A stretch of DNA of 63,833 bases, counting the filler, from Octopus bimaculoides (Eukaryota), in NCBI RefSeq assembly GCF_001194135.2. It is 5 parts of 5 records of this genome, joined end to end, with 100 filler letters (N's around TTAATTAATTAA, not from the genome) between each part and the next. Parts side by side here need not be neighbours in the genome. Positions count along the whole stretch, not along the records: positions 22,829 to 27,742 come from NC_068988.1; positions 27,843 to 41,097 come from NC_069000.1; 3 more parts are not named here. The stretch is one strand, 5' to 3'. The notes under the pieces are model-generated. The model searched no databases. It was given only the letters and a program-made list of their open reading frames with translations, and had not been told where the DNA came from. Numbering within the stretch: position 1 is the stretch's first letter; each line of letters starts with the position of its first letter. A program made the position numbers and the translations under genes. This document shows, one piece after another, positions 27,225 through 41,197 of this stretch.

Positions 27225-27361
27225 GATCAGGTATAATGACAATATCCGAAATGATCTTAGGTCTAAAAGACAGTTGGATGCAATTTCGTAGACGTATGTC
27301 CGCTATTTATACCAAATCAAAATGGCCACATACAGGGTCAACCGCTGGATTAAAGGATTAA
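27225..27361 (+). CDS. Candidate phase-compatible terminal exon for METTL13: GSGIMTISEMILGLKDSWMQFRRRMSAIYTKSKWPHTGSTAGLKD*
   Basis: Long T-tract plus catcag| acceptor; phase 1 fits the previous exon; LGLKDS falls at the offset of recalled human RDLGLKDS. The conserved LNLVCR and EVNEI motifs are absent. Confidence 0.2.
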
Positions 27362-27577
27362 TTCAAGCTAAGATGGCTTAGCAAATATTTATAATTTCAA
27401 CAGTTTTCTAGCATCACCTCAATGTCGATATTGGTTGCTACCTTAGTTCAATTAGTTCATGCTGACATTTCTACTACAGTTAAGCACATGACTCATTCGT
27501 CGTCAGACAATACATAATCTCCGTTAGGTTTTTAAGTAGTCTTTGTCGGGGTAGGGGGCAATATACCCACGCACAGA

Positions 27578-27627
<50 letters not shown>

Positions 27628-27842
27628 CGTATGGGTGTGTATACGTGTTTGCGTATGCGTGTGTGTGTGTATACGTGTTTGCGTATGCGTGTGTGTGTGT
27701 ACATATAGATATACATATGCGGATACATACATATATTATAGANNNNNNNNNNNNNNNNNNNNNNNNNNNNNNNNNNNNNNNNNNNNTTAATTAATTAANN
27801 NNNNNNNNNNNNNNNNNNNNNNNNNNNNNNNNNNNNNNNNNN

Positions 27843-27878
<36 letters not shown>

Positions 27879-28712
27879 ACACACACACATACACATATAC
27901 TTTCTTTTAGTACCCAGTACACTCTGTAAAGTGGTTGGCATTAGGAGGAACGTCCAGCTTTAGAAACCATGCCAAAACAGACAGCAAGGCTTGTTGCAGC
28001 CATCTGACTTGCCAGTTCCTGTCAAGCCATCTATCCCGTGCCAGCATGGAAAACATACGTAAAATGATGATGAAGATGACTATACCCAACATTTAGGTGC
28101 TGGTTGAGTGGACAGTGAAACAAGTGTGGTAACACATAGCCAATTCATAAGTTGTTTTTCAAATACATCTGTTAGTCAGCAACATATCTGACCAATGCAG
28201 AAGAAGTACTGAAGCCTATAGATGATACTAGAAAGAATCCCAGTTGAGTAAAGCTCAGTTGTTGAGTTTGCTAAGAATAATGGACAAGTAGAGTGTTGAG
28301 GAACAGGTCAGAGTAAGAATCTGCCTAGTGCACAGTGGGTGGGGAGAAGTTAAAGAAAGCAAAAGCCGAAAGGGATAAGTTCTAGTTTGGAGATGGAGGA
28401 TGGTCTGCTAAAAGGTGGAATGTTAGGTTTTGCAGAAAGGAGACAGTTTATTGGGGAGTAATGGCAGGATGTGAGAGCAGCATGGTCCAGTGTAGGTGAA
28501 TAGGTACGCTAGTAAATCACTTGAATGTATGTTGACCCCAAGTCACAAAGCTTTGTTTTCAATTGCAAACACAGTAAAGGAATGAGGAGTAGAGGAAGAA
28601 GTGTGAGAGAAGTTAGAGTTGAGGTAATTGCAAGAGTCAGTCAAGGTGGAGGTGGTCAGTGAAATTAAGGAAGTCAAGAAAGAGGTTTCATATATAAAAG
28701 AGATATGTGGGA

Positions 28713-28925
28713 ACTTGCCAGTACCGCCTGACTGGCCCTCGTGCGGGTGACACGTAAAAGCACCCACTACACTCTCTGAGTGGTTGGCGTTAGGAAGGGC
28801 ATCCAGCTGTAGAAACTCTGCAAAATTAGATTGGAGCCTGGTGTAGCCATCCGGTTTCACCAGTTCTCAGTCAAATCGTCCAACCCATGCTAGCATGGAA
28901 AGCGGACGTTAAACGATGATGATGA
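28713..28925 (+). mobile_element. RTE LINE 3'-end copy with (GAT)n tail
   Basis: gcacccactacactctc...gaaagcggacgttaaacgatgatgatgat. Confidence 0.88.
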
Positions 28926-28935
28926 TATATATATA

Positions 28936-29160
28936 TATTATTTCTTTACTACCCACAAGGGGCTACACACAGAGGGGACAAACAAGGACAGACAAACGGA
29001 TTAAGTTGATTATATCGACCGCAGTGTGTAACTGGTACTTATTTAATCGACCCCGAAAGGATGAAAGGCAAAGTCGACCTCGGTGGTATTTGAACTCAGA
29101 ACGTAACGGCAGACGAAATACCGCTAAGCATTTCGCCCAGCGTGCCAATGTTTCTGCCAC
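28936..29160 (-). mobile_element. SINE family C
   Basis: Reverse complement of 13158-13390. Confidence 0.88.
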
Positions 29161-30659
29161 ACACACATATATATATATATATATGGAGAGAGAGAGAGGT
29201 GGCATCAATACAATATCTATCTAATGGTTATATAGCTGTGGATGTGGGATCAGTGAACTGATCAAAGATTTGGGACTTACCATAGTCAGTGAATAAGCTT
29301 GATATATTCTAAGCTAATTGTGGTGCTCCTGATCACCCTAGTGACTTACTGATACATCTTTTCAGAAGGAAAACAGTTTTAAGTAAGTGTGTGTGTGTGT
29401 GCATGTGTTTTAAGAAACAATCTTATAATAATTCTGCTTGTCATTGCATTACTTAGCCCATCAGTAACACTTTCACATGACTAGGAAAAAGAGGGAAAGA
29501 AAAAAAGAGAGAGGGAGAAAGAAGCATCCATGACATGAGGTAGAGGGAATGTAATTGTAATGCTTTCATGTGATTATTTGAAGTGAAAGAGGAGAAAGAA
29601 AGAGGAGAGACAAAAAGAGAAAGAAAAAGGAGAGAAGGATCCATGATGTGAGGTAGGGAGAGCATAATATTTATTACATGGTCAAAAATGTTAGTTGAAG
29701 GTACACGAAGAGAGTTAAATATATAATTTTAGCAGAGGGATGATGTTCTGATGGTGAGGTTAAAGAAAGTCAGAGAGAGAGAGAAAAAAGAGAAAGAGAC
29801 ACAGAGAGAGAAAAAAAGAAAAAAACAGGGAGAGAGAAGAGGAAGAGAGAGAGAAGAGGAAGAGAGAGAGAAGAGGAAAAGAGAGAGAGAAAGAGATGAT
29901 GATGGTGGTGGGGAGAAGGAGGTGATTGGATAGTGAATAGTAGTTTTTTTTAAGAACTAAATTTTTTTTATATCACCTATCACTTAACGCATGTGCATAA
30001 ATGCAATTCTGTGAAATATTCAAGCTTATTTATGTGGCAGATATATGCAATTTAACTAAAGGTTGCATCATATGCACATGATTTTTTTAATATTTGTTTA
30101 TGGGGCAAATGGAAAAATAAGAGTAAATATTTATTTTATGAGTGCCGTGTATTAAGTCTATAAAATTGTGCATAAATTATATAAAGTGTATATATAAAGT
30201 GCATTAAGTAACCATCGTACTCCAATTTCGTTCACTTTTCAATGAGTAGCAGATGAGCAAATTCCTTTCCATACAGACACAACACAGGTTACACTCTCAG
30301 GTTTTTTGGATAAAGTTTTCAGAAATAACCCAATAGGTTTACCATTAATTCTGTGAAATATTCATGGGTCCTGCTGGTTGAAACATATTTTGTTTACTTA
30401 ATATTCAAGTGGATCAATTCTGAAAAAAGTGAACTCTAAATTTATCTGTATAACCTGAGTGTTAGTAAGATACAAATTAGAACCTTTTGATCCTCTTCTG
30501 TGCATAAGCTCTCAGAAGAATTTTGGTAATATGTTAACTCTTAAAGGTGTGTAGTGTTTTCTCTACTCCTAATCCTGTTAGAAACTAGAGATTTTAATGA
30601 AATGCAGTTAGATCAGTATAAAAAGCAAAAGAATTTATCTATGACATACATTTGGATGT

Positions 30660-31028
30660 GGAAGTGCAATGGTCCAGTGGTTAGGGCAGCGGACTCGCGG
30701 TTTCGATTCCCAGACCGGGCGTTGTGAGTGTTTTATTGAGTGAAAACACCTAAAGCTCCACGAGGCTCCGGCAGGGGATGGTGGCGAACCCTGCTGTACT
30801 CTTTCACCACAACTTTCTCTCACTCTTACTTCCTGTTTCTGTTGTGACTGTAATTCAAAGGGTCAGCCTTGTCACACTGTGTCACGCTGAATATCCCCGA
30901 GAACTACGTTAAGGGTACACGTGTCTGTGGAGTGCTCAGCCACTTGCACGTTAATTTCACGAGCAGGCTGTTCCGTTGATCGGATCAACTGGAACCCTCG
31001 TCGTCGTAAGCGACGGAGTGCCAACAAC
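30660..31028 (+). mobile_element. SINE family B, near full length
   Basis: ggaagtgcaatggtccagtggttagggcagcggactcgcggtttcgattcccagaccgggc...gcgacggagtgccaacaac. Confidence 0.9.
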
Positions 31029-31931
31029 ATTTGGATGAAACTTCCTCACAAAATATATTGATTACTGGTATACATTGTAAATGTTTGTTGTTGATTTTTA
31101 CCTGTTGTCATGCAATTTTTATCTGTCCAAATAGGTTTAATAATAGCTAAGTTGATTACATGTACATGTTTTTACATATATCTATGAGATATCAATTCTT
31201 GGGTATGAATTTCATGTCTCAGAGATGAATTTACGTTCCATTTGTTTAATTTGGAAGCTGTACAAATGGCTTCAGAAAAACCACTCAGAGACATGCCTTT
31301 ATCTCCTCCATTGATGTAACAAAGGTGGCATTGCTTTGCTGACACACATACCTTATGGTCTCATTACACATCCTGATGAAAAAAAAAAAAATTCTTCAGG
31401 AAAAAGTTGAACATACTCAACACACTTTGCTTCCAAGTACATTGTTTTGTGGGTCACTATCACCAGCAAAAGTATTAATGCAATATCAGCTGGGTGATCC
31501 ACTTCTGCTCAGAATTAATAAATCCCAATATCTCTAGGATCACTGGTGTGTACATATCACACTGAAATACCTCTGGTTATTTTCTCTAAATCCAAGCTTT
31601 CTTTCTATAATTAAATCATTAATAGATAATGACTTCAAATTTTGACACAAGGCCAGTGGTTTTGGAGGAGAAGCTAAGTTGATACTTAGCTCCTCCTGTA
31701 TTCATCAACCCCAGTATTCAACTGGTAATTATTATATCAACTTCAAAAGGATGTAAAGCAAAGTCGACTTTGGTGGAATTTGAACTCAAAATGTAAAGAC
31801 GGACGAAATGCCACTAAGCATTTTGCCTACACGCTTAATGATTCTGCCAGCTCACTGTCTTAAATCATTAATGATTAATAACAAATAATATTACTGAACT
31901 CTAACTCACCACATGATGCTTGAAAATCAAA

Positions 31932-32016
31932 GGAAGATAAGATCTACAGGAAGATAAGATCTACAGGAAGATAAGATCTACAGGAAGATAAGATCTACAG
32001 GAAGATAAGATCTACA
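31932..32016. repeat. Perfect 17-bp tandem repeat x5 (ggaagataagatctaca)
   Basis: Five identical units read directly, then a degenerate sixth. Confidence 0.95.
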
Positions 32017-35000
32017 GGATGATAACATCTAATTCACTCAATAAAACAAAAAATAAATGCACATAGCACAAACAGGAACATTTTTGACCTTAAATAATCC
32101 TTTGAAAGGGAGAAGGAAAACTATCTAATCCTTTACTTAACCTCACTTAAGAATTCAATTGAATTCTGTTGATAAAAATTCTGAAATTTGCAATTGATTT
32201 ATTCTAATCTTTAAATCAAGGATAGTTTCATTTGTGTTTTATTGGAAATTTCATTAGTTTACTCACAATAATGACTAGCAGAGAATGAATTGATAAAAAT
32301 CTTAATCTTACAAAGAAAAACATGAACTATTAAAACTTGTGAATTATTTGGATAATGTGAAATCTAAAAGAAAAGAATGTCAAGAAAATAAATAAAATTC
32401 AAAATGGTGTCAAGCCAGTGAAAGTGATTTGTGGATACCCTCTACCATGAATTCTATTTGGAAAACATCAAAGCAAAGAGCATATTATAAACCTTCCATG
32501 GATATCTAAGCTAGGCACTGAATTTTTGATAATGAATGTACAGTAACTGTGACATAGTTGCTTTATCATGATGAATATCTTTATTCATCCATATCAACTC
32601 CCTTGCACTAACATCAAAGATGTAAACATGAAAAGCTTCCTTCCATTGTCACTTTTAAACAGGTTTTCCACTAGGGTAGTTACAAGAAATATTGCCCAGA
32701 TTTAAGCTGAAACATGACAAAATCTGTTTTATTTTGTACTATTTCTGCTGATACATTGCAACCTATAAACTTGTTGAATAATTTATGACATGAAAAATTT
32801 TAATAAGAAAACAAAAATATACAGAACGATATTTTTACTAGAATCACTGCAATTAAAATGGACTCTACAAATCAAGTTGGGAGTAATTTTTATCCAAATT
32901 TATTAAGTTCTATCAGTACCAATTTCTAGGTAACTACAACCATGTGGTTTCATTCCTATCATAATTATTCTCTTCTTATGTTACTATAAAAACATTATGC
33001 TTACATTTCTTCACAAATTCCATTGTTAGTAACATCAAATCAACAAAACAGAACAGATATTAAGAATAATCTTAAAATACAACAGAAAACAATTTTGAAC
33101 AAAGTTATAAAATTAAGATTATATTTGATTCCTTAATTATTTCATCTTTCTACAAGTATATATGACTATAAATGATATTGTTTCCAGTCTACATCAAGCA
33201 GTTAATTAAACATATCTGTCAAATTTTCATTACTGAATGGCCAAGTGTTTGAACATCATTTTATATAAAGGAAAGCATTTCCATCTTTCCATAGTTGTAG
33301 CTTTGACTACATTTTATTGCAAAATAGAGTTCGTATCCTTAAAACCAAGAAATAGTGAAAAAGTATTAATTACAACTGCAGCACCAACAGAAATCATCCT
33401 AGACTCACAAGCTTTCATTAAGAAATTGAAAATTTAATTTTTCTTATAAGCGGTTTTTTTTTGGTTTTTTTTCAAGGAATTCAGGATATATCCAATTACT
33501 AGAGAATCAGATTTGTTAATTGCAATGGGTTGATTTAGATAATATAGAATAAAAAGAAAACATTCAAAACAACACCAAGAAAAGCAACATAACTAAACAT
33601 TTTCACTATGAATAACACAGCTAAAACTTCCCACAGAATAATCAGATCAAGCTCAAAATTACACAAAACTTGACATTCATACAGAACATCAAATAGTTTA
33701 ATATTTACAGCCCAAAGTGGAACATAAAAGATTTAAAATAATGAAAAAATATTCAAAAGATTATTAGCAAGCAAAAGATAAATAAGCTGACCAATATTTT
33801 CTAGATAATAAGCCACACTCTTTCGTGATTTAATAAAACTAATAATTAGACCAAAAATCATAAAATATCTTTAATCTGAAGGTCCTAGTAAACCATGAAT
33901 ATTATGCACATTTCAAGTTCTTCATGTCTCACCTCTGTATTTTACATATAAAATCCACAAAATCAAATATTTCAAAAGCATTACTTAAATTTGAAGCAGT
34001 TTCCCAGAAGGTTAATTTAAATCCTTAACTAAGCCTTGAGGGTAGAGTGGGAACTTCAGTTTTGATTATTATTTTGTTAGTAAATGCCATGAAAAATGCT
34101 TCTTTTTTCTTAAGTTAGAAATTAAAATAATCCTTCTCTGCATTAAATCTAAACTATTTTAAGTAATTTGCATTATTTTGAAGACGACTACATTCCAACA
34201 ACTGAAATTTTTCCAGTTCTTTTGAAGATAAACCTTATATCATAACTCAATGACCTGTCATTTTATATCCAGAATAAGTAATACTTTGTTTCATTGAAAT
34301 ATATGTTCGAGAAAGAATTACGTAAAACAATATAAGAAACATTTAACAGATCAAGATACATATTAGTGTTTTACTGTTTTTATTATTATACATACAACAT
34401 TATATACAACAAACCACAGACAGACATTTTTGACTGTCGATGTGTGTATACAACATTTTTAGTGAATTTAACAAGTTTTTATAATTGGGATGCCTGTACG
34501 AGCCTCTTGGTATAGTAAATTGACTTCGACTAACAAAAATCTTTGATAGATCTTCAACTCTACTGAAAACAATATACAACTTGACCATGTGTGAACACAT
34601 TAGTAGGGTAAGAGATTCAAGTAAAAACAGTGATAGATGATAAATGAAAATTTAACAATTTGTAGGTTTTCTCAAGAGAAATTTAAAGAATGGAGATTCA
34701 TTTTTCTTTCCATTTTGTAATAAATTTACTTCGGTTAAAAGAATTTTTCTTTGTAATTTTCAAAAGTGATATCTTAATGCATTTAAAGAGCATGTTGAGA
34801 GATATGGATACATGTGTACATACATACATACACAAACACATACATATATATATACAGAGCAAGAGAAGGAAGGAGGAGGGAATTGCATGAGAGGTTAAGT
34901 GAAAGAATGCTACTGCTGTGTTGAGAACATGCATGCATGCATGCATACATGCATACATACATACATGCATACACACATACAGACAGACAGGAGAGATTGA

Positions 35001-35435
35001 GAGGGAAGGGAAGTTGTGAACAAAACTAGAAGTTATTACAGACACAGATTTGACAAAAATGATTGTGGCAATTACTGATTCAAATAGACACACACATGTA
35101 CACAGAGAGAAACTGAAATGGTTGGAAATATTACTTACAAAAAAAAAAAACCAAATAGTTTTTGCAACATTTTAAGGCCAGGTATAATCCAGTCTGTCTA
35201 ACATGAATACCTGGCTACCAATCACCTAAAAAAAAGAAAGAAAAAACAAGTTAATTTGTTATAAAATAGAAATAACAACGCTGCAAGTTTGCGCTTGGAA
35301 AATCTTAGGCTTGATCGTGTTTTAAAAGTATTTTTTGACTATTTATTATTCCAAGATGGTAAAAGGGTTTACTTAAGGTCTGCAGTTGGAAAAGTGGAAC
35401 AAGTGCAATTTGAGAAAAGATGTAGAAAGAAAATG

Positions 35436-35813
35436 TTTGTGGTACTCCGTCGCTTACGACGTCGAGGGTTCCAGTTGATCCGATCAACGGAACAGCCTGC
35501 TCGTGAAATTAACGTGCAAGTGGCTGAGCACTCCACAGACACGTGTACCCTTAACGTAGTTCTCGGGGATAATCAGCGTGACACAGTGTGACAAGGCTGA
35601 CCCTTTGAATTACAGGCACAACAGAAACAGGAAGTAAAAGTGAAAGTTGTGGTGAAAGAGTACAGCAGGGTTCGCCACCATCCCCTGCCGGAGCCTCGTG
35701 GAGATTTAAGTGTTTTTGCTCAATAAACACTCACAACGCCCGGTCTGGGAATCGAAACCGCGATCCTATGACCGCGAGTCCACTGCCCTAACCACTGGGC
35801 CATTGCACCTCCA
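35436..35813 (-). mobile_element. SINE family B, full length
   Basis: Reverse complement of 30660-31028. Confidence 0.9.
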
Positions 35814-38349
35814 CTTTTAATATAGGACCTGTGGAGATAACTACAGATTTGATAGCGAGAAGTGGAACAGTTGAGACAAAGAATAGATGAAGTATGAGTT
35901 AAATGTAAACAGTAATCAAGACAAAAAGGGCAATCACTTCATTCAATAAAAAAAAAAAAGAGGATCATCCCATTCTTGGAAGTAATAGCTAAAAACGTCT
36001 GATCAATGTGGATATGATGGTACTGAAGAGATACAGTTTCAAAAGGAAAAGTCATGGAAAAAAAGAATCATGAGTAACATTGGTAACATCTCAGAACTTG
36101 TAAAATTGGAGCTAGTATGTTGTACTTTTTGCCTTGAGGAATGTCAAGGCTTGCTTTGTAAACCAGACCACTTAACAGGTCTCCGAGTAGAAGATATTTG
36201 AGAGATCCATGCTAATGAAATATACAAATTTATAACAGTAATTAGACATTACCCTTGACATATATCTAAAAGGAGTAATGCATTCAATCTTGTTACAACT
36301 GATTTTGATTAGTTTTTCTCTTTTAGTTTGATATACATTACACCAAACATTATGAAGTGTCAAATGTTCAATAATAAGCTAAATGTCCAGTAATATTTTC
36401 ATTAACAAAATAACCCACAACACGATTAAATATCTTTGAAATTAACTGAGTCTTTGTTCATAAAAATCAGAGTGTTTCAAGTTACGTGAAAATATGTCAT
36501 TATAACTTACAATCTAAACCTAAACTCTAAATTTTCTAAAATTTTGATAAAAAATATAACAATCCCAAAACATGGAGCAAAAGGAATTTTGAAAAGATCT
36601 ACTCTCATTCAATAGTAACTTAAGTACAGATACTACACATTGCAAGAGAACAACTATATTTATATATAAAAGTAGAGTCGAAAAAACTTGAGAAATCACA
36701 CTGTACTTATAAATAAGCTTAACAAATTCTGTTTAGCAATTTCTGGTGGTATACACCACTTAGACAAGAAAATAAATTAAGTTGGGTTTCTTTGTCTGAA
36801 CCAGACTGAAGTGTGCAAGAAGCTACTCAATTCTACAGTATTACTTATATCCAAGATGGTGCACTCATTAAACATATACACACATTATTATTTATAACAG
36901 CCTGATTACCAAAGCCCACCATCACAGAAGTGTCTTTTTAAGCATTTTTTTTTATTGCTAGATGTGAAAAGACCTAATTTATAAAAAGATCTAATTCCTT
37001 ACCCTAAAGGAGACATCTCTGACCTCACTAATTAATGTTCTCTCAATACAAGTCAAAATCACACACACATACACTTATTTTGTAACATCAGTGTTGTTGA
37101 TTACAATTTTCCAATGGGTCAGTCATTGTGATTGTGATGGAAGAGTGTAACCAGAACAAACATTGCAATAACTTAATTCAAAAAGCATTGGTTTTCAATA
37201 TCATTGCCAGTACATATCAATAAATTACATATACATACACACATACATACACATATATAATTACATGATGAACTTCTACAAATTTTCCATCTAACAAATT
37301 CAACTTGCAGGGTATTAGTCAACCTGAGGTTACTGTAGAAAAAAAGATATACCCAAGGCATAATGAAATGAAATCTTGGTTGGGAACTGAACTTCTTAAC
37401 TACACAACCACAACTGTACCCATAATCAAAGGTGATTTCCAATATGTTGAAGCCAAATATCATTCTCACGCTTACCATCTTTACACAGGGTTTTTTTTTA
37501 TTTTTATAAGGGTTGTATGGGCCTTCTCCAACAAAGCATCACACCATTCATTGCAAGCTCTTATTATTTCATTCATAAAATTCAGCCTCCTGAAATCAGC
37601 CTTCACCATATCTTCTTGTCTTCTGCAGGTGCCTTCCACTAAGACCACTTGGTAATTCTTTGCTAAACTACCAGCCTCATGTGCCTGCACCAATGAAATC
37701 TCTTGCACAAAATACATACATATCTACAAGTAACTGAACAAAGGAATGAAAGTGACACTTTACACATTTGGTTGGAATTACATGTATTATCTAATAGCAG
37801 TTTGATTCAGTTCCATGCAACTTAAAGTGTCATAGGCTCCGAGAATAAACCTAGCTTGTCAGGTGTTTAGAGATCAAATAAGGAGAAATGAGACAAATTC
37901 AAGATAGCTTCTAGATTTTAGGCTTCTATTGATCAACTCAGATTACTTGGTGTTAGTAGTTTGGAGGCATTATTAGATCTTATCTTTGATCTCAGGTCCA
38001 TGTGGTTGGACAGGATGTTGGTAGGCAGTTGTTACTACCATGTCTGGAGGCTGCAATATTGTTTATATATCAACATCAATTCATTGCATTTGCTGCTACA
38101 CATGGCAGAGCAGGGTGTTGTTGCAGGTTAGTGGAGCACTAATTATAATGACAATAACCTTTCCATGGGAGTAACCAGATTTGTGGCACTGGATTAAATT
38201 TTGGTGGTGCTAGATTGGGCTGTCAGTATGGATGGGTGTAGTCTATAAGGGTGGCAGGGCTTAAGTGTCATTCTATTCAGTATGAACCAGGTAAGCCAAA
38301 GGTGGTATATCTGGATTATCGGATGCCAGTAGTTTAAAGTTAACAGGGC

Positions 38350-39475
<1,126 letters not shown>

Positions 39476-39484
39476 AGATATTTA

Positions 39485-39858
39485 TATTCTTTTACTTGTT
39501 TCAGTCATTTGACTGTGGCCATGCTGGAGCACCGCCTTTAGTCAAACAAATCTACCCCAGGACTTATTCTTTGTAAACCTAGTACTTATTCTATTGGTCT
39601 CTTTTTGCCGAACTGCTAAGTTATGGGGACGTAAACACACCAACATCAGTTGTCAAGCGATGGTGGGGGAGGGGGAGAAACACAAACGCACAAATACATA
39701 CATACGACAGGCTTCTTTCAGTTTCTGTCTACCAAATCCACTCACAAGGCTTTGGTCAGCCCAAGGCTATAGAAGAGACTTGCCCAAGGTACAACGTAGT
39801 CGGACTGAACCTGGAACCATGTGGTTGAGAAGCAAGCTTCTTACCACACAGCCACTCC
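39485..39858 (-). mobile_element. SINE family A, full length
   Basis: Reverse complement of 19785-20150. Confidence 0.9.
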
Positions 39859-40478
39859 CAAATTCTTTGAAGATCTTTCTCCGATTCTCCCTGAACTCAT
39901 CCATGGCATAGTGGTTCACATGGCTTGAGATTATAAGGCTGTCATCACTATACAGAGCTGAATTTTGCAAGGATTTGGGGAGTGCACTTCCCTATTGCCA
40001 CTATAGTGTTTGTCTTTTACTAACCTGCAAAGACACTCCATTCTGCCATATGCTGTAGTAAATGCAATGAACAGTAACTGCAGTCACCAGATGTAGTAGT
40101 AACACTGCCTACAATTATCCTGTCCAATCATATGGACCTCAGAACAAAAATAAGATCTCACATTGCTTCGAAACCAATAACACCACATGATTTGAGTTGA
40201 CTGATAGAGGCCTAGAATCTAGAAGCCATCTTGAATTTGTTCCATTTCCTATTACTTGATCTCTAAATACCTGATGAGCTAGGTTCATTCCACAAACATA
40301 GTTGCATGGAGTTGAATCAAACTTATTCACACACACATGTATGTGTATATATATANNNNNNNNNNNNNNNNNNNNNNNNNNNNNNNNNNNNNNNNNNNNN
40401 NTTCATTTAATGGCTGTTTTTCTATGCTAGTATAGCTTAGACTGCAGAAAAGTGAGGCAAGATTTTTACAGCCAATCA

Positions 40479-40518
<40 letters not shown>

Positions 40519-41063
40519 AAATTAAATGTACATATACATACATAAATATATATCATCATCATCATTACCACTACCACCACCACCGTATTAACATTCATTT
40601 CTCCATGCTTGTATGGGTTAGACTAAATTTGTGGTGGCCGATTTTTCTATGCCCAGATGCCTTTCATCATGGCCAAACATGTTTCCATGGAAGATTGGAA
40701 ATGAACAGCACCATTTATATGATAGTTATCATCTATTGTGCACCATCAAGACAAAGAGACACAAATTCACACGCACAAACAAATAATATGGGCAAGTGTG
40801 TATGTGTGTAAATATATATATATATACACAGATAAGATAGATGTGTGATTGTGTGAGGTTGTATATGCATTTGTTCATTTGTTTTATGTTCATTTTACCA
40901 TGGCAGCAAGGAATAACCAATTTCTACATATTTTTCAAGCACAGAGATAGAAGAAAGTTTATCGGCAGCTAAAGCCCAGTAAACATCAGCAGTTATAACT
41001 TGCCATTTTTTCTATCTATCTAATTATTTATACATATATACACATACATACATATACACACAC

Positions 41064-41097
<34 letters not shown>

Positions 41098-41197
41098 NNN
41101 NNNNNNNNNNNNNNNNNNNNNNNNNNNNNNNNNNNNNNNNNTTAATTAATTAANNNNNNNNNNNNNNNNNNNNNNNNNNNNNNNNNNNNNNNNNNNN

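Noticed and set aside
34666-34769. Phase-1 acceptor giving GFLKRNLKNGD..., superficially like GVFILNLVCRD
   Set aside because: Charged residues at expected hydrophobic strand positions, a weak pyrimidine tract and an early stop; likely chance.
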